Part shown: positions 1 to 13,414 of the stretch, piece after piece | Numbering within the stretch: the stretch's first letter is position 1 | Layout: each line of letters opens with the position of its first letter | NCBI GenBank assembly: GCA_964016885.1 | Contig: OZ024741.1 | Span: 9,858,001-9,922,000, forward strand | Reading direction: 5' to 3' | Source: Eledone cirrhosa | Lineage: Eukaryota | Length of the DNA: 64,000 nt | Position numbers and translations under genes: made by a program | Notes under the pieces: model-generated | The model's database searches: none | What the model saw: only the letters and a program-made list of their open reading frames with translations | Told to the model about the DNA's origin: nothing

Positions 1-3000
1 TACAAAACATCATATCACAGTACAGTACAGTACATCACAGTAGAGTACATTACACCACAGTACAGTACATCACAGTAGAGTACATTACACCACAGTACAG
101 TACATCACAGTAGAGTACATTACACCACAGTACAGAACATCACAGTAGAGTACATTACACCACAGTACAGTACAACACATCATATCACAGTAGAGCACAG
201 TACATCACAGTACAGTACAACACATCATATCACAGTAGAGCACAGTAAGGTACAGTACAGTACATCACACCACAGTACAGTACAACACATCATATCACAG
301 TAGAGCACAGTACATCACAGTAGAGTACAGTACATCACACCACAGTAGAGCACAGTACATCACAGTAGAGTACAGTACATCACACCACAGTACAGTACAA
401 TACAGTACAGTACAGTACAGTACAGTACAGTACAGTACAGTACAGTACAGTACAGTACAGTACAGGACAGGACAGCACAGCACAGTACAGTACAGTACAG
501 TACAGTACAGTAGAGTACAGTATAATACAGTACAGTACAGTACAGTACAATACAGTACAGTACAGTACAGTAAGTACAGTACAGTTCAGTACAGTACAGT
601 ACAGTACACTGCAGTGCATTACTGTACAGTACAATACAGTACAGTACAGTTCAGTACGGTACAGTACAGTACTGTACAGTACAATACAGTGCAGTTCAAT
701 ACAGTACAGTACAATAGAGTACAGTACAGTACAGTACAGTACAATACACTACAGTACAGTACAGTGCAGTACAGCGCAGTACATCACTGCACAGTAAAGT
801 ACAATACAGTACAGTACAGTACTGTTCAGTGCAGTTCAGTACAGTACAATACAGTACAGTACAGTTCAGTACAGTACATTAGTGTACAGTACAGTACAGT
901 ACAGTACCATACTGTACAGTACAGTACAGTTCAGTACAGTACAGGACAGTACAGTACAGTTCAGTTCAGTAAAGTACATTATAGTACAGTACAGTACAGT
1001 ACAGTCCATGTCAGTACAGTACAGTACAGTACAGTACAGTACAGTACACTACAGTTCCGTACAGTACAGTACAGCACAGCACAGCTCATTACAGTACAGT
1101 ACAGTACAGTACAGTACAGTACAGTACAGTACTGTACAGAAGATTACAGTACAGTACAGTACAATATAGCACAGCACAGCACAGCACAGCACAGCACAGC
1201 ACAGTACAGTACAGAACAGCACAGCACAGCACAGTACAGTACAGTACAGCACAGCACAGCAGAGCACAACACAGTACAGTACAGTACAGTACAGTACAGT
1301 ACAGTACAGTACAGTTCAGTACAGTACAGTACAGTACAGTACAGTACAGTACAGTACAGTACAGTACAGTACAATTCAGTTCAGTACAGTACAGTTCAGT
1401 ACAGTACACTACAGTACGGTACAGTTCAGTACAATACAGTACAGCACAGCACAGCACAGCACACCACAGCACAGCACAGCACAGCACAGCACAGCACAGT
1501 ACAGTACAGTACAGTACAGTACAGTACAGTACAGTACAGCACATCACATTACAGTACAGTAGAGTATAGTACAGTACAGTACAGTACAGTACAGTAGAGC
1601 ACAGCACAGCACAGCACAGAACAGTACAGTACAGTACAGTATAGTACAGTACAGTTCAGTACAGTACAGTTCAGTACAGGACAGTACAGTACATTATAGT
1701 ACAGTACAGTACAGTACCATACAGTACACTCCATTTCAGTACAGTACAGTACAGTACAGTACAGTACAGTACAGTACAGTACAGTACAGTACAGTACACT
1801 ACAGTTCAGTACAGTACAGTACAGCACAGCACAGCTCAGTACAGTACAGTACAGTACATTACAGCAGAGCACAGTACTGTACAGTAGAGTACAGTACAGT
1901 ACAGTACAGTACAGTACAATACAGCACAGCACAGCACAGCACAGTACAGTACAGTACAGCACAGCACAGTACAGCACAGTACAGTACGGTACAGCACAGC
2001 ACAGCACAGCAGAGCACAGCACAGTACAGTACAGTACAGTACAGTACAGTTCAGTACAGTACAGTACAGTTCAGTACAGTACAGTTCAGTACAGTACAGT
2101 TCAGTACAGTACAGTACAGCACAGCACACCACAGCACAGCACAGCACAGCACAGCACAGTACAGTACAGTACAGTACAGAACATCACATTACAGTACAGT
2201 AGAGTATAGTACAGTACAGTACAGTACAGTACAGTACAGTACAGAACAGCACATCACAGCACAGAACAGTAAAGTACAGTACAGTACAGCACAGCACAGC
2301 ACAGCACAGCACCGTACATCACAGCACAGCACAGCACAGCACAGCACAGTACAGTACAGTATATTACAGTACAGTACAGCAGAGTTCAGTACAGCAGCGT
2401 TCAGTACAGTGTAGTGCAGTGCAGCACAGTACAGTACAGTACAGTACAGTACAGTACAATAGAGTACAGTACAGTTCAGTACATTACATTACAGCACAAT
2501 ACAGTACAGTACAGTTCGACATTGTACAGTACAGTATAGTACAGTACAGTACAGTACAGTTCAGTACAGTACAGTACAGTACAGTACAGTTCAGTACAGT
2601 ACAGTACAGTACAGTACAGTACAGTACAGTTTAGTACAGTAGGGTACAGCACAGCACAATAGAGTGCAGTAGATTAGAGTACAGTACAGTAGAGTAGAGT
2701 AGAGTACAGCACAGCACAGCACAATGTAGTACAGTACAATACAGCACAGCACAGCACAGAACCGTACAGTACAGCTCAGCACAGCACAGCACAGCACAGC
2801 ACAGCACAGCACAGCACAATAGAGTACAGTACAGTTCAGTACAGTACAGTACAGTACAGTACAACACACCACAGTAGAGTAAAACACATCATATCACAGT
2901 AGAGCTCAGTGCATCACAGTAGAGTACATTACATCACAGTAGAGTACAGTACATCACACCGCAGTACAGTACAATACAGTACAGTACAGTACAATACAGT

Positions 3001-5880
3001 ACAGTACAGTACAGTACAGTACAGTACAGGACAGCACAGCACAGTACAGTACAGCACAGTACACTACAATACAGTACAGTACAGTACAGGACAGTAGAAT
3101 ACAGTACAATACAGTACAGTACAATAAAGTACTGTACAGTACAGTAGTGTAAGTACAGTACAGTTCAGTACAGTACAGTACAATACAGTACAGTACAGTG
3201 TAATACAGTATAGTACAGTACAGTTCAGTACAGTACATTATAATACAGTAGAGTACAGTACAATACAGTACAGTACAGTCCAGTAAAGTACAATACAGTA
3301 CAGTACAGTACAGTACAGTACAATACAGTACATTACAGTACAGTACAGTACAGTACAGTACTGTACAGTACAGTACAGTACAGTACAGTACAGTACAGTA
3401 CAATACAGTACAATAGAGTACAGTACAGTACAGTACAGTGCAGTGCATTACTGTACAGTACAATACAGTACAGTACAGTTCAGTACAGTACAGTACAGTA
3501 CTGTACAGTACAATACAGTGCAGTTCAATACAGTACAGTACAATAGAGTACAGTACAGTACAGTACAGTACAGTACAATACACTACAGTACAGTACAGTG
3601 CAGTACAGCGCAGTACATCACTGCACAGTAAAGTACAATACAGTACAGTACAGTACTGTTCAGTGCAGTTCAGTACAGTACAATACAGTACAGTACAGTT
3701 CAGTACAGTACATTATAGTACAGTACAGTACAGTACAGTACCATACTGTACAGTACAGTACCATACTGTACAGTACAGTACAGTTCAGTACAGTACAGTA
3801 CAGGACAGTACAGTACAGTTCAGTTCAGTAAAGTACATTATAGTACAGTACAGTACAGTACAGTACAGTCCATTTCAGTACAGTACAGTACAGTACACTA
3901 CACTACAGTTCAGTACAGTACAGTACAGCACAGCACATCTCATTACAGTACAGTACAGTACAGTACAGTACAGTACAGTACAGTACAGTACAGTACAGTA
4001 CAATACAGCACAGCACAGCACAGCACAGCACAGTACAGTACAGTACAGTACAGTACAGCACAGCACAGCACAGCACAGCACAGTACAGTACAGTACAGCA
4101 CAGCACAGCAAAGCACAGCACAGTACAGTACAGTACAGTACAGTACAGTACAGTACAATTCAGTTCAGTACAGTACAGTTCAGTACAGTTCAGTACAGTA
4201 CAGTACAGTACGATACAGTTTAGTACAATACAGTACAGCACAGCACAGCACACCACAGCACAGCACAGCACAGCACAGCACAGTACAGTACAGTACAGTA
4301 CAGTACAGTACAGCACATCACATTACAGTACAGTAGAGTATAGTACAGTACAGTACAGTACAGTAGAGCACAGCACAGCACAGTACAGTACAGTACAGTA
4401 CAGTATAGTACAGTACAGTTCAGTACAGTACAGTACAGTACAGTACAGTTCAGTACAGCAGAGTTCAGTACAGTGCAGTGCAGTGCAGCACAGTGCAGTA
4501 CAGTACAGTACAGTGCAGTGCAGTGCAGTGCAGCACAGTGCAGTACAGTACAGTTCAGTACAGTAGGGTACAGTACAGTACAGTACAGTACAGTACAGTA
4601 CAGTACAGTACAGCACAGTACAGTACAATAGAGTACAGTACAGTTCAGTACAGTACATTACAGTACAATACAGTACAGTACGATACTGTACAGTACAGTA
4701 CAGTACAGTACAGTAGAGTACAGTACAGTACTGCACAGTACAGTACAGTACAGTACAATACTGTACAATACAGTACAGTACAATACAGTACAGTACAGCA
4801 CAGCAAAGCACAGCAAAGGTACAGCAGAGCACAGTACAGTACAGTACAGTACAGTACAGTACAGTACAGTACAGCACTGCACAGTACAGCACAGTACAGT
4901 ACCGTACAGTACAGTGCAGTAGAGTACAGTACAGTACTGCACAGTACAGCACAGTACAGTACTGCACAGTACAGTACAGTAGAGTTCAGTACAGTACAGT
5001 ACAGTTCAGTAGAATACAGTACACTACAGTACACTACAGTACAGTACAGTACAGTACAGTACAGTACTGCACAGTACAGCACAGTACAGTACAGTACAAT
5101 ACAGTACCGTTCAGTAGAGTACAGTACAGTACAGTACAGTACAGTACAGTACAGCACAGTACAGTACAGTAGAGTACAGTACATTACTGCACAGTACAGC
5201 ACAGTACAGTACAGTACAATACAGTAGAGTTCAGTAGAGTACAGTACAGTACTGCACAGTACAGTACAGTACAGCACAGTACAGTACAGTACAGTACAGT
5301 ACCTCACAGTACAGCACAGTACAGTACTGCACAGTACAGCACAGTACAGTACAGTACAGTACAGTACAGTACAGTACAGTACAGCACAGTACAGTACAGT
5401 ACAGTACAGTACAGTACAGTACTGCACAGTACAGCACAGTACAGTACTGCACAGTACAGCACAGTACAGTACTGCACAGTACAGCACAGTACAGTACTGC
5501 ACAGTACAGTACAGTACAGTACAGTACAGCACAGTACAGTACAGTACAGTACAGTACAGTACAGTACTGCACAGTACAGCACAGTACAGTACTGCACAGT
5601 ACAGCACAGTACAGTACAGCACAGTACAGTACAGTACAGTACAGTACAGTACAGTACTGCACAGTACAGCACAGTACAGTACTGCACAGTACAGTACAGT
5701 ACAGTACAGTACAGTACAGTACATTACAGTAGAGTAGAGTACATTACACTACAGTACTGCACAGTACAGTACAGTACAGCACAGTACAGTACAGTACAGT
5801 ACAGTACTGCACAGTACAGCACAGTACAGTACTGCACAGTACAGCACAGTACAGTACAGTACAGTGCAGCACAACACTGC
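1..5880. repeat. Pentanucleotide satellite (CAGTA)n with CAGCA/CAATA/CAGTT/CTGCA variants
   Basis: Continuous ACAGT/ACAGC periodicity. It contains a 35-bp higher-order unit at 31-170 (4 copies) and a 25-bp unit ACTGCACAGTACAGCACAGTACAGT around 4880-5850. Truncated by the window start. Confidence 0.98.
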
Positions 5881-5930
5881 ATTGCAATGTTTGTTGAAAT
5901 AGTAGGGATTGTACCTGGAATCCAAGTGGC

Positions 5931-8900
5931 CAGTACCCTATTCCTCAGTACCCTCTTCCTCAGTACCCTGTTCCTCAGTATCCTGTTTCTCAGTACCCTG
6001 TTCCTCAGTACCCTGTTCCTCAGTACCCTGTTCCTCAGTACCCTCTTCCTCAGTACCATCTTCCTCAGTACCCTATTCCTCAGTACCCTGTTCCTCAATA
6101 CCCTGTTCCTCAGTACCCTGTTCCTCAGTACCCTGTTCCTCAGTACCCTCTTCCTCAGTACCCTGTTCCTCAATACCCTGTTTCTCAGTACCCTGTTCCT
6201 CAGTACCCTGTTCCTCAGTACCCTGTTCCTCAGTACCCTATTCCTCAGTACCATCTTCCTCAGTACCCTATTCCTCAGTACCCTATTCCTCAGTACCCTG
6301 TTCCTCAATACCCTGTTCCTCAGTACCCTGTTCCTCAATACCCTGTTCCTCAATACCGTGTTCCTCACCACCCTGTTCCTCAGTACCCTATTCCTCAGTA
6401 CCCTCTTCCTCAGTACCCTCTTCCTCAATACCCTCTTCCTCAGTACCCTCTTCCTCAGTACCCTATTCCTCAGTACCCTGTTCCTCAGTACCCTCTTCCT
6501 CAGTACCCTATTCCTCAGTACCCTGTTCCTCAGTACCCTGTTCCTCAATACCCTGTTCCTCAGTACCCTGTTCCTCAGTATCCTGTTTCTCAGTACCCTG
6601 TTTGTCAGTACCCTGTTCCTCAGTACCCTGTTCCTCAGTACCCTCTTCCTCAGTACCCTATTCCTCAGTACCCTCTTCCTCAGTACCCTCTTCCTCAATA
6701 CCCTCTTCCTCAGTACCCTGTTCCTCAGTATCCTGTTTCTCAGTACCCTGTTCCTCAGTACCCTGTTCCTCAATACCCTCTTCCTCAGTACCCTCTTCCT
6801 CAATACCCTCTTCCTCAGTACCCTGTTCCTCAGTACCCTGTTTCTCAGTACCCTCTTCCTCAGTACCCTATTCCTCAGTACCCTGTTCCTCAGTACCCTG
6901 TTCCTCAATACCCTGTTCCTCAGTACCCTGTTCCTCAATACCCTGTTCCTCAGTACCCTGTTCCTCAGTACCCTGTTCCTCAATACCCTGTTCCTCAATA
7001 CCCTGTTCCTCAGTACCCTGTTCCTCAGTACCCTCTTCCTCAGTACCCTATTCCTCAGTACCCTGTTCCTCAATACCCTCTTCCTCAGTACCCTCTTCCT
7101 CAGTACCCTATTCCTCAGTACCCTGTTCCTCAGTACCCTCTTCCTCAGTACCATGTTCCTCAATACCCTGTTCCTCAGTACCCTGTTCCTCAATACCCTG
7201 TTCCTCAGTACCCTGTTCCTCAGTACCCTGTTCCTCAGTACCCTCTTCCTCAGTACCCTGTTCCTCAATAGCCTGTTCCTCAATACCCTGTTCCTCAGTA
7301 CCCTGTTCCTCAATAGCCTGTTCCTCAATACCCTGTTCCTCAGTACCCTGTTCCTCAGTACCCTGTTCCTCAGTACCCTGTTCCTCAATAGCCTGTTCCT
7401 CAGTACCCTGTTCCTCAGTACCCTGTTCCTCAGTACCCTATTCCTCAGTACCATGTTCCTCAGTACCATGTTCCTCAGTACCCTGTTCCTCAGTACCCTG
7501 TTCCTCAATACCCTGTTCCTCAGTACCCTGTTCCTCAGTACCCTGTTCCTCAATACCCTGTTCCTCAGTACCCTGTTCCTCAGTACCCTGTTCCTCAGTA
7601 CCCTGTTCCTCAGTACCCTGTTCCTCAATACCCTGTTCCTCAGTACCCTGTTCCTCAGTACCCTGTTCCTCAGTACCCTATTCCTCAGTACCCTGTTCCC
7701 CAGTACCCTGTTCCTCAGTACCCTGTTCCTCAATACCCTGTTCCTCAGTACCCTGTTCCTCAGTACCCTGTTCCCCAGTACTCTGTTCCTCAATACCCTG
7801 TTCCTCAATACCCTATTCCTCAGTACCCTGTTCCTCAGTACCCTGTTCCTCAATACCCTATTCCTCAGTACCCTGTTCCTCAGTACCCTGTTCCTCAGTA
7901 CCCTGTTCCTCAATACCCTGTTCCTCAGTACCCTATTCCTCAGTACCCTGTTCCTCAGTACCCTGTTCCTCAGTACCCTGTTCCTCAATACCCTGTTCCT
8001 CAGTACCCTATTCCTCAGTACCCTGTTCCTCAGTGCCCTGTTCCTCAATACCCTGTTCCTCAATACCCTGTTCCTCAATACCCTGTTCCTCAGTACCCTG
8101 TTCCTCAGTACCCTGTTCCTCAGTACCCTGTTCCTCAATACCCTGTTCCTCAGTACCCTGTTCCTCAGTACCCTGTTCCTCAGTACCCTGTTCCTCAGTA
8201 CCCTGTTCCTCAATACCCTGTTCCTCAGTACCCTGTTCCTCAGTACCCTGTTCCTCAGTACCCTGTTCTTCAATACCCTGTTCCTCAGTACCCTGTTCCT
8301 CAGTACCCTGTTCCTCAGTACCCTGTTCCTCAGTACCCTGTTCCTCAATACCCTGTTCCTCAGTACCCTGTTCCTCAGTACCCTGTTCCTCAGTACCCTA
8401 TTCCTCAGTACCCTGTTCCCCAGTACCCTGTTCCTCAGTACCCTGTTCCTCAATACCCTGTTCCTCAGTACCCTGTTCCTCAATACCCTGTTCCTCACTA
8501 CCCTGATCCTCAGTACCCTTTTCCTCAATACCCTGTTCCTCAGTACCCTGTTCCTCAGTACCCTGTTCCTCAGTACCCTCTTCCTCAATACCCTGTTCCT
8601 CAGTACCCTGTTCCTCAGTACCCTGTTCCTGAGTACCCTGTTCCTCAATACCCTATTCCTCAGTACCCTGTTCCTCAGTACCCTGTTCCTCAGTACCCTG
8701 TTCCTCAGTACCCTCTTCCTCACTACCCTGTTCCTCAGTACCCTGTTCCTCAGTACCCTCTTCCTCAATACCCTGTTCCTCAGTACCCTGTTCCTCAGTA
8801 CCCTGTTCCTCAGTACCCTCTTCCTCAGTACTCTGTTCCTCAATACCCTGTTCCTCAGTACCCTGTTCCTCAGTACCCTGTTCCTGAGTACCCTGTTCCT

Positions 8901-10755
8901 CAATACCCTATTCCTCAGTACCCTGTTCCTCAGTACCCTGTTCCTCAGTACCCTGTTCCTGAGTACCCTGTTCCTCAATACCCTGTTCCTCAATACCCTG
9001 TTCCTCAGTACCCTGTTCCTCAATACCCTGTTCCTCAGTACCCTGTTCCTCAGTACCCTGTTCCTCAATACCCTGTTCCTCAGTACCCTGTTCCTCAGTA
9101 CCCTGTTCCTTAATACCCTGTTCCTCAATACTCTGTTCCTCAGTACCCTGTTCCTTAATACCCTGTTCCTCAATACTCTGTTCCTCAGTACCCTGTTCCT
9201 TAATACCCTGTTCCTCAATACTCTGTTCCTCAGTACCCTGTTCCTCAGTACCCTGTTCCTCAGTACCCTGTTCCTCAGTACCATGTGCCTCAGTACCCTG
9301 TTCCTCAATACCCTGATCCTCAGTACCCTGTTCCTTAATACCCTGTTCCTCAATACTCTGTTCCTCAGTACCCTGTTCCTCAGTACCCTGTTCCTCAGTA
9401 CCCTGTTCCTCACTACCCTGATCCTCAATACCCTGTTCCTCAATACCCTGTACCTCTGTACCCTGTTCCTCAGTACCCTCTTCCTCACTACCCTGTTCCT
9501 CAGTACCCTGTTCCTCACTACCCTGATCCTCAATACCCTGTTCCTCAATACCCTGTACCTCTGTACCCTGTTCCTCAGTACCCTCTTCCTCACTACCCTG
9601 TTCCTCAATACCCTGTTCCTCAGTACCCTGTTCCTCAGTACCCTGTTCCTGAGTACCCTGTTCCTCAATACCCTATTCCTCAGTACCCTGTTCCTCAGTA
9701 CCCTGTTCCTCAGTACCCTGTTCCTGAGTACCCTGTTCCTCAATACCCTGTTCCTCAATACCCTGTTCCTCAGTACCCTGTTCCTCAATACCCTGTTCCT
9801 CAGTACCCTGTTCCTCAGTACCCTGTTCCTTAATACCCTGTTCCTCAATACTCTGTTCCTCAGTACCCTGTTCCTTAATACCCTGTTCCTCAATACTCTG
9901 TTCCTCAGTACCCTGTTCCTCAGTACCCTGTTCCTCAGTACCCTGTTCCTCAGTACCATGTGCCTCAGTACCCTGTTCCTCAATACCCTGATCCTCAGTA
10001 CCCTGTTCCTTAATACCCTGTTCCTCAATACTCTGTTCCTCAGTACCCTGTTCCTCAGTACCCTGTTCCTCAGTACCCTGTTCCTCACTACCCTGATCCT
10101 CAATACCCTGTTCCTCAATACCCTGTACCTCTGTACCCTGTTCCTCAGTACCCTCTTCCTCACTACCCTGTTTCTCAGTACCCTGTTCCTCAATACCCTG
10201 TTCCTCAGTACCCTGTTCCTCAATACCCTGTTCCTCAATACCCTGTACCTCTGTACCCTGTTCCTCAGTACCCTCTTCCTCAGTACCCTGTTCCTCAGTA
10301 CCCTGTTCCTCAATACCCTGTTCCTCAGTACCCTGTTCCTCAATACCCTGTTTGTCAGTACCCTCTTCCTCAGTACCCTGTTCCTCAATACCCTTTTCCT
10401 CAGTACCCTGTTCCTCAGTACCCTCTTCCTCAGTACCCTGTTCCTCAGTACCTTGTTCCTCAATACCCTGTTCCTCAATAACCTGTTCCTCAGTACCCGG
10501 TTCCTCAGTACCCTCTTGCTCAATACCCTGTTCCTCAAAACCCTGTTCTTCAATACCCTGTTCCTCAGTACCCTCTTCCTCAGTACCCTGTTCCTCAATA
10601 CCCTTTTCCTCAGTACCCTGTTCCTCAGTACCCTCTTCCTCAGTACCCTGTTCCTCCGTACCCTGTTCCTCAGTACCCTCTTCCTCAGTACCCTGTTCCT
10701 CAGTACCCTTTTCCTGAGTACCCTGTTCCTCAGTACCCTCTTCCTCAGTACCCTG
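5931..10755. repeat. 15-bp satellite (CAGTACCCTGTTCCT)n, ~320 copies
   Basis: Strict 15-bp period that stays in register with the 60-nt rows throughout. Variation is substitution only (CAATA, CCCTA, CCCTC). Confidence 0.99.
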
Positions 10756-10899
10756 TCGGCTCTACACAATAATTAACACTATACTGTATTTACGGCTATA
10801 TGTATGGACCTAAAACACCCGATGAAGTCGTACGTGTGCGATCGTGACGTCTTAAGAACTTTGAAACCTGGCGGAGACTATCCACAGTTGGTTTCTTCC

Positions 10900-10996
10900 A
10901 GAGAGAGAGAGAAGGAGAGAGAGAGAGGGGGGGAGACAGAGAAAAGGAGAGAGATAGGGAGTCAGAAAGAGAAGAGTAAGAGAGATTGAGAGAGGA
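10900..10996. repeat. GA-rich polypurine microsatellite
   Basis: Degenerate (GA)n tract. Confidence 0.9.
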
Positions 10997-11477
10997 TGTA
11001 GTGACCTACATTCCGCGGGCTCACATACATTCTCTGTGCGTGATTTGGCTCAGTTCAGCCAATCAGCGCCAGTAGAAGAGGATGTATCCCTACGCACCCT
11101 GAGGAAGAAATTCCCCGCGAAGATTTGAAGAATCTCTAGCTTGTACCGGAAACTTCAAGCCAGCAACACGCATAATGTAACAGTGAAATATTGCACCCCT
11201 AGCCTCGCCGGCTTAACGGCGCAATGGCACATTCTCTTTTGTAACCTCTTTGTATCTGTAACTTCAACCATATAAATAAACAAACATTTCCTCTCTAATT
11301 ACTGCGGTTGAAGTCGTTGTTATGTTACTCGTGTCTCAATAACACCTTTAATCCATGCTGCTGGAATTGGCGACCTGACGAAAGGAATATTGTAAATAGA
11401 TGGTAAATAGATCGAGGGACCTTCCCTCACGTCTATGTCGACAAGATAATCCAACGAGGATACTATCACTTACCACA
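10997..11477 (+). mobile_element. LTR-like segment of a putative LTR retrotransposon, no internal coding region visible
   Basis: Starts TGTAGTG abruptly after a GA tract. CCAAT at 11059, TATAAATAAA at 11271-11280, PBS-like TGGCGACC at 11368. An alternative end ACCACA at 11477 is followed by CTGGCAAC. No TSD seen and the right boundary is uncertain. Confidence 0.45.
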
Positions 11478-11549
11478 CTGGCAACTAACGACCACTGATT
11501 CTACCACCCTGCTAAAGTGGCGATAACATCTATAACTAATACTGCTAAA

Positions 11550-11795
11550 AGGGGATGAGAGACAAGGAGAAAGATAGAGCGCTAGAAAGAGAGAGTAAGA
11601 GATAGAGAGAGAGAGAGATAGGGTGGGGGGAGAGAAAGAGACAGACAGAGAGGCAGACAAGAAGTGATAGTTAGGGAGAGAGAGTTAAAAAGAGAGAGAG
11701 AAAGTGAGAGAGTTAGAGAGAGAGAAAGTGACAGAGAGAGGGAATGAGACAGACAGATAGAGACAAGGAGAGAGAAAGTAAGAAAGAGATGAAGT
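11550..11795. repeat. GA-rich polypurine microsatellite
   Basis: Degenerate (GA)n/(GACA)n tract adjoining the 3' side of the minus-strand SINE. Confidence 0.9.
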
Positions 11796-11814
11796 GTAAA
11801 AGCGATATAAAGGA

Positions 11815-11978
11815 AGAACAGTCTCCAGTACGAGACTGGTACAACTTTTTATCGATCTCGAAGGCATAAAAGACAAAGTTGACTTCGGCGGGAATCGAAC
11901 CCAGTGAGCACAGAGAACCATAACGAACGCCACAAAACTTTTCATCCGACACTCTAACGACTTTGCCAATTGATCGCC
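11815..11978 (-). mobile_element. tRNA-derived SINE, same family as 17221 and 17464
   Basis: Minus strand reads GGCGATCAATTGGCAAAGTCGTTAGAG (A-box-like, 11958-11968) and GGTTCGATTCC (B box, 11891-11901), then CCGCCGAAGTCAACTTTGTCTTTTAT...TCGATAAAAAGTTGTACCAGT. This aligns by eye with the two plus-strand copies. Confidence 0.85.
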
Positions 11979-12544
11979 GTTGGAGTTGATGTTATCAATA
12001 TTATATTCCCGAGTAATATGAAACTTAATGTTTGTTTTATTTATCGTTTCATAAGAGTTTAGATCCCAGCCTCCCCCTCCTCACCTCTAATGTTTGCAGT
12101 GTAACAGATGTTAATCAACCTAATAACTATTTTGTGGTGCAAATATGAATTACTTACAGTAAAGCTGCACCGCTTCACACCAACCATCAACCACCAGTAC
12201 ATGCTGTGATCTGAACTCCGCAATTAGTACCTGTTGAGTAGCAAATAATGTTACATTCAGTATTTAAGTTGTCAACAATACAGATCAAAGAAAGCTGCTG
12301 CAATTATGACAGAATAAGGGTGAATACTGTGGAGGGAATAGACAGGAGTGATATCTGGAGATGCGGAATCTTTAACGCGTTTTCAGTCCCGAGGTGAAAA
12401 TAGTTGTCTCCATCTGAGACAATTAGCGCCATTGAAAAAAAAGTGAAGAGGTACAAACGACGCTACAAGCTAAGCCAGGACGATAGAAATATATTTGATT
12501 TGGCTATCGATCCTTTAACTGTTGTTACTGTCATTGTATTTATG

Positions 12545-12770
12545 GTGACCAACGTGGACGAATGGTTAAAAGGTTAAACTCTCAATTATAATGTTCCATC
12601 TTCGGTTCCGCTGTTAAGCATCGTAGGAATGTGTATTTCAACATAGTCTAGAATAGGTCCATATATGGTCAATGAATTTAAGTAGAACACCATTTTGGAA
12701 GCATGTCGGGCGGACTATATCTTTAATTTAAAGGATCACACCTGACATATTTATCACCTTTCAGCCCAAC
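12545..12770 (+). mobile_element. Highly decayed tRNA-headed SINE relic
   Basis: A-box-like GTGGACGAATGGTTAA and degenerate B-box-like TTCGGTTCC. The body resembles an octopus SINE from recall only. Confidence 0.4.
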
Positions 12771-12786
12771 CTCGTATGTGTAGTTA

Positions 12787-13045
12787 GACAGTGTCGGTTC
12801 CGACAAGGAGTGGTCCAGCTGTTCTACCAATGGAACAGTCTGCTCAATTAATTAATGGGTAAGAAGCTGAGAAGGTCACATTCACGTGCACCTTTTATCT
12901 AGTTCTCAGGGAGATTCAGTGTGACATAGTATGCGATAAGGTTAGCCTTCTGTATGACAGATACCACTCTCTTTGTTTCCAGCGGATAAAACGGAGCAAC
13001 GGGAAATAAAATGTGTTGTTCACCTTAACCACTAAATTTTGCGCC
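12787..13045 (-). mobile_element. SINE of a second family, with B-box region apparently deleted
   Basis: Minus strand begins GGCGCAAAATTTAGTGGTTAAGG and runs straight into TGAACAACACATTTTATTTCCCGTTGCTCC. It contains the block GTTCTCAGGGAGATTCAGTGTGACA (+ strand), which I recall from abundant octopus repeats. Not database-verified. Confidence 0.6.
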
Positions 13046-13050
13046 GTCGG

Positions 13051-13068
13051 ACACACACACACACACAC

Positions 13069-13152
<84 letters not shown>
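13051..13152. repeat. Compound microsatellite (CA)n(TA)n
   Basis: Directly visible. Confidence 0.98.
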
Positions 13153-13156
<4 letters not shown>

Positions 13157-13414
13157 CTATCCTGATGGCCTCCAAAAGCAACGGTCAATTTTTAAAGGGG
13201 TACGTCAATGTCTATTTATAAAACTGTTATATATTGTATTTTGTCTGATGAAGGCATACCATAATGTAACTTGGTATCCTTGAAATATATTTGGAGTTTC
13301 GCCTGTTTATCACAGGTTCACCAGACAAGAACTTGTCATCGGCACGGCACAGCTTTAATCGGGCCGTTTGTTTACAAACGAATCGAATATTATTATCAAT
13401 ATTGATATAACCCA

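Noticed and set aside
295-5724. Cys/Tyr-rich (YCTVL)n and (QYSTV)n ORFs
   Set aside because: Translations of a pentamer repeat that appear in all frames.
5724-10776. 1681-aa, 1629-aa and 865-aa ORFs as genes
   Set aside because: A 15-bp period keeps frames open automatically, the consensus codons are not one step from stops, and there is no non-repetitive domain.
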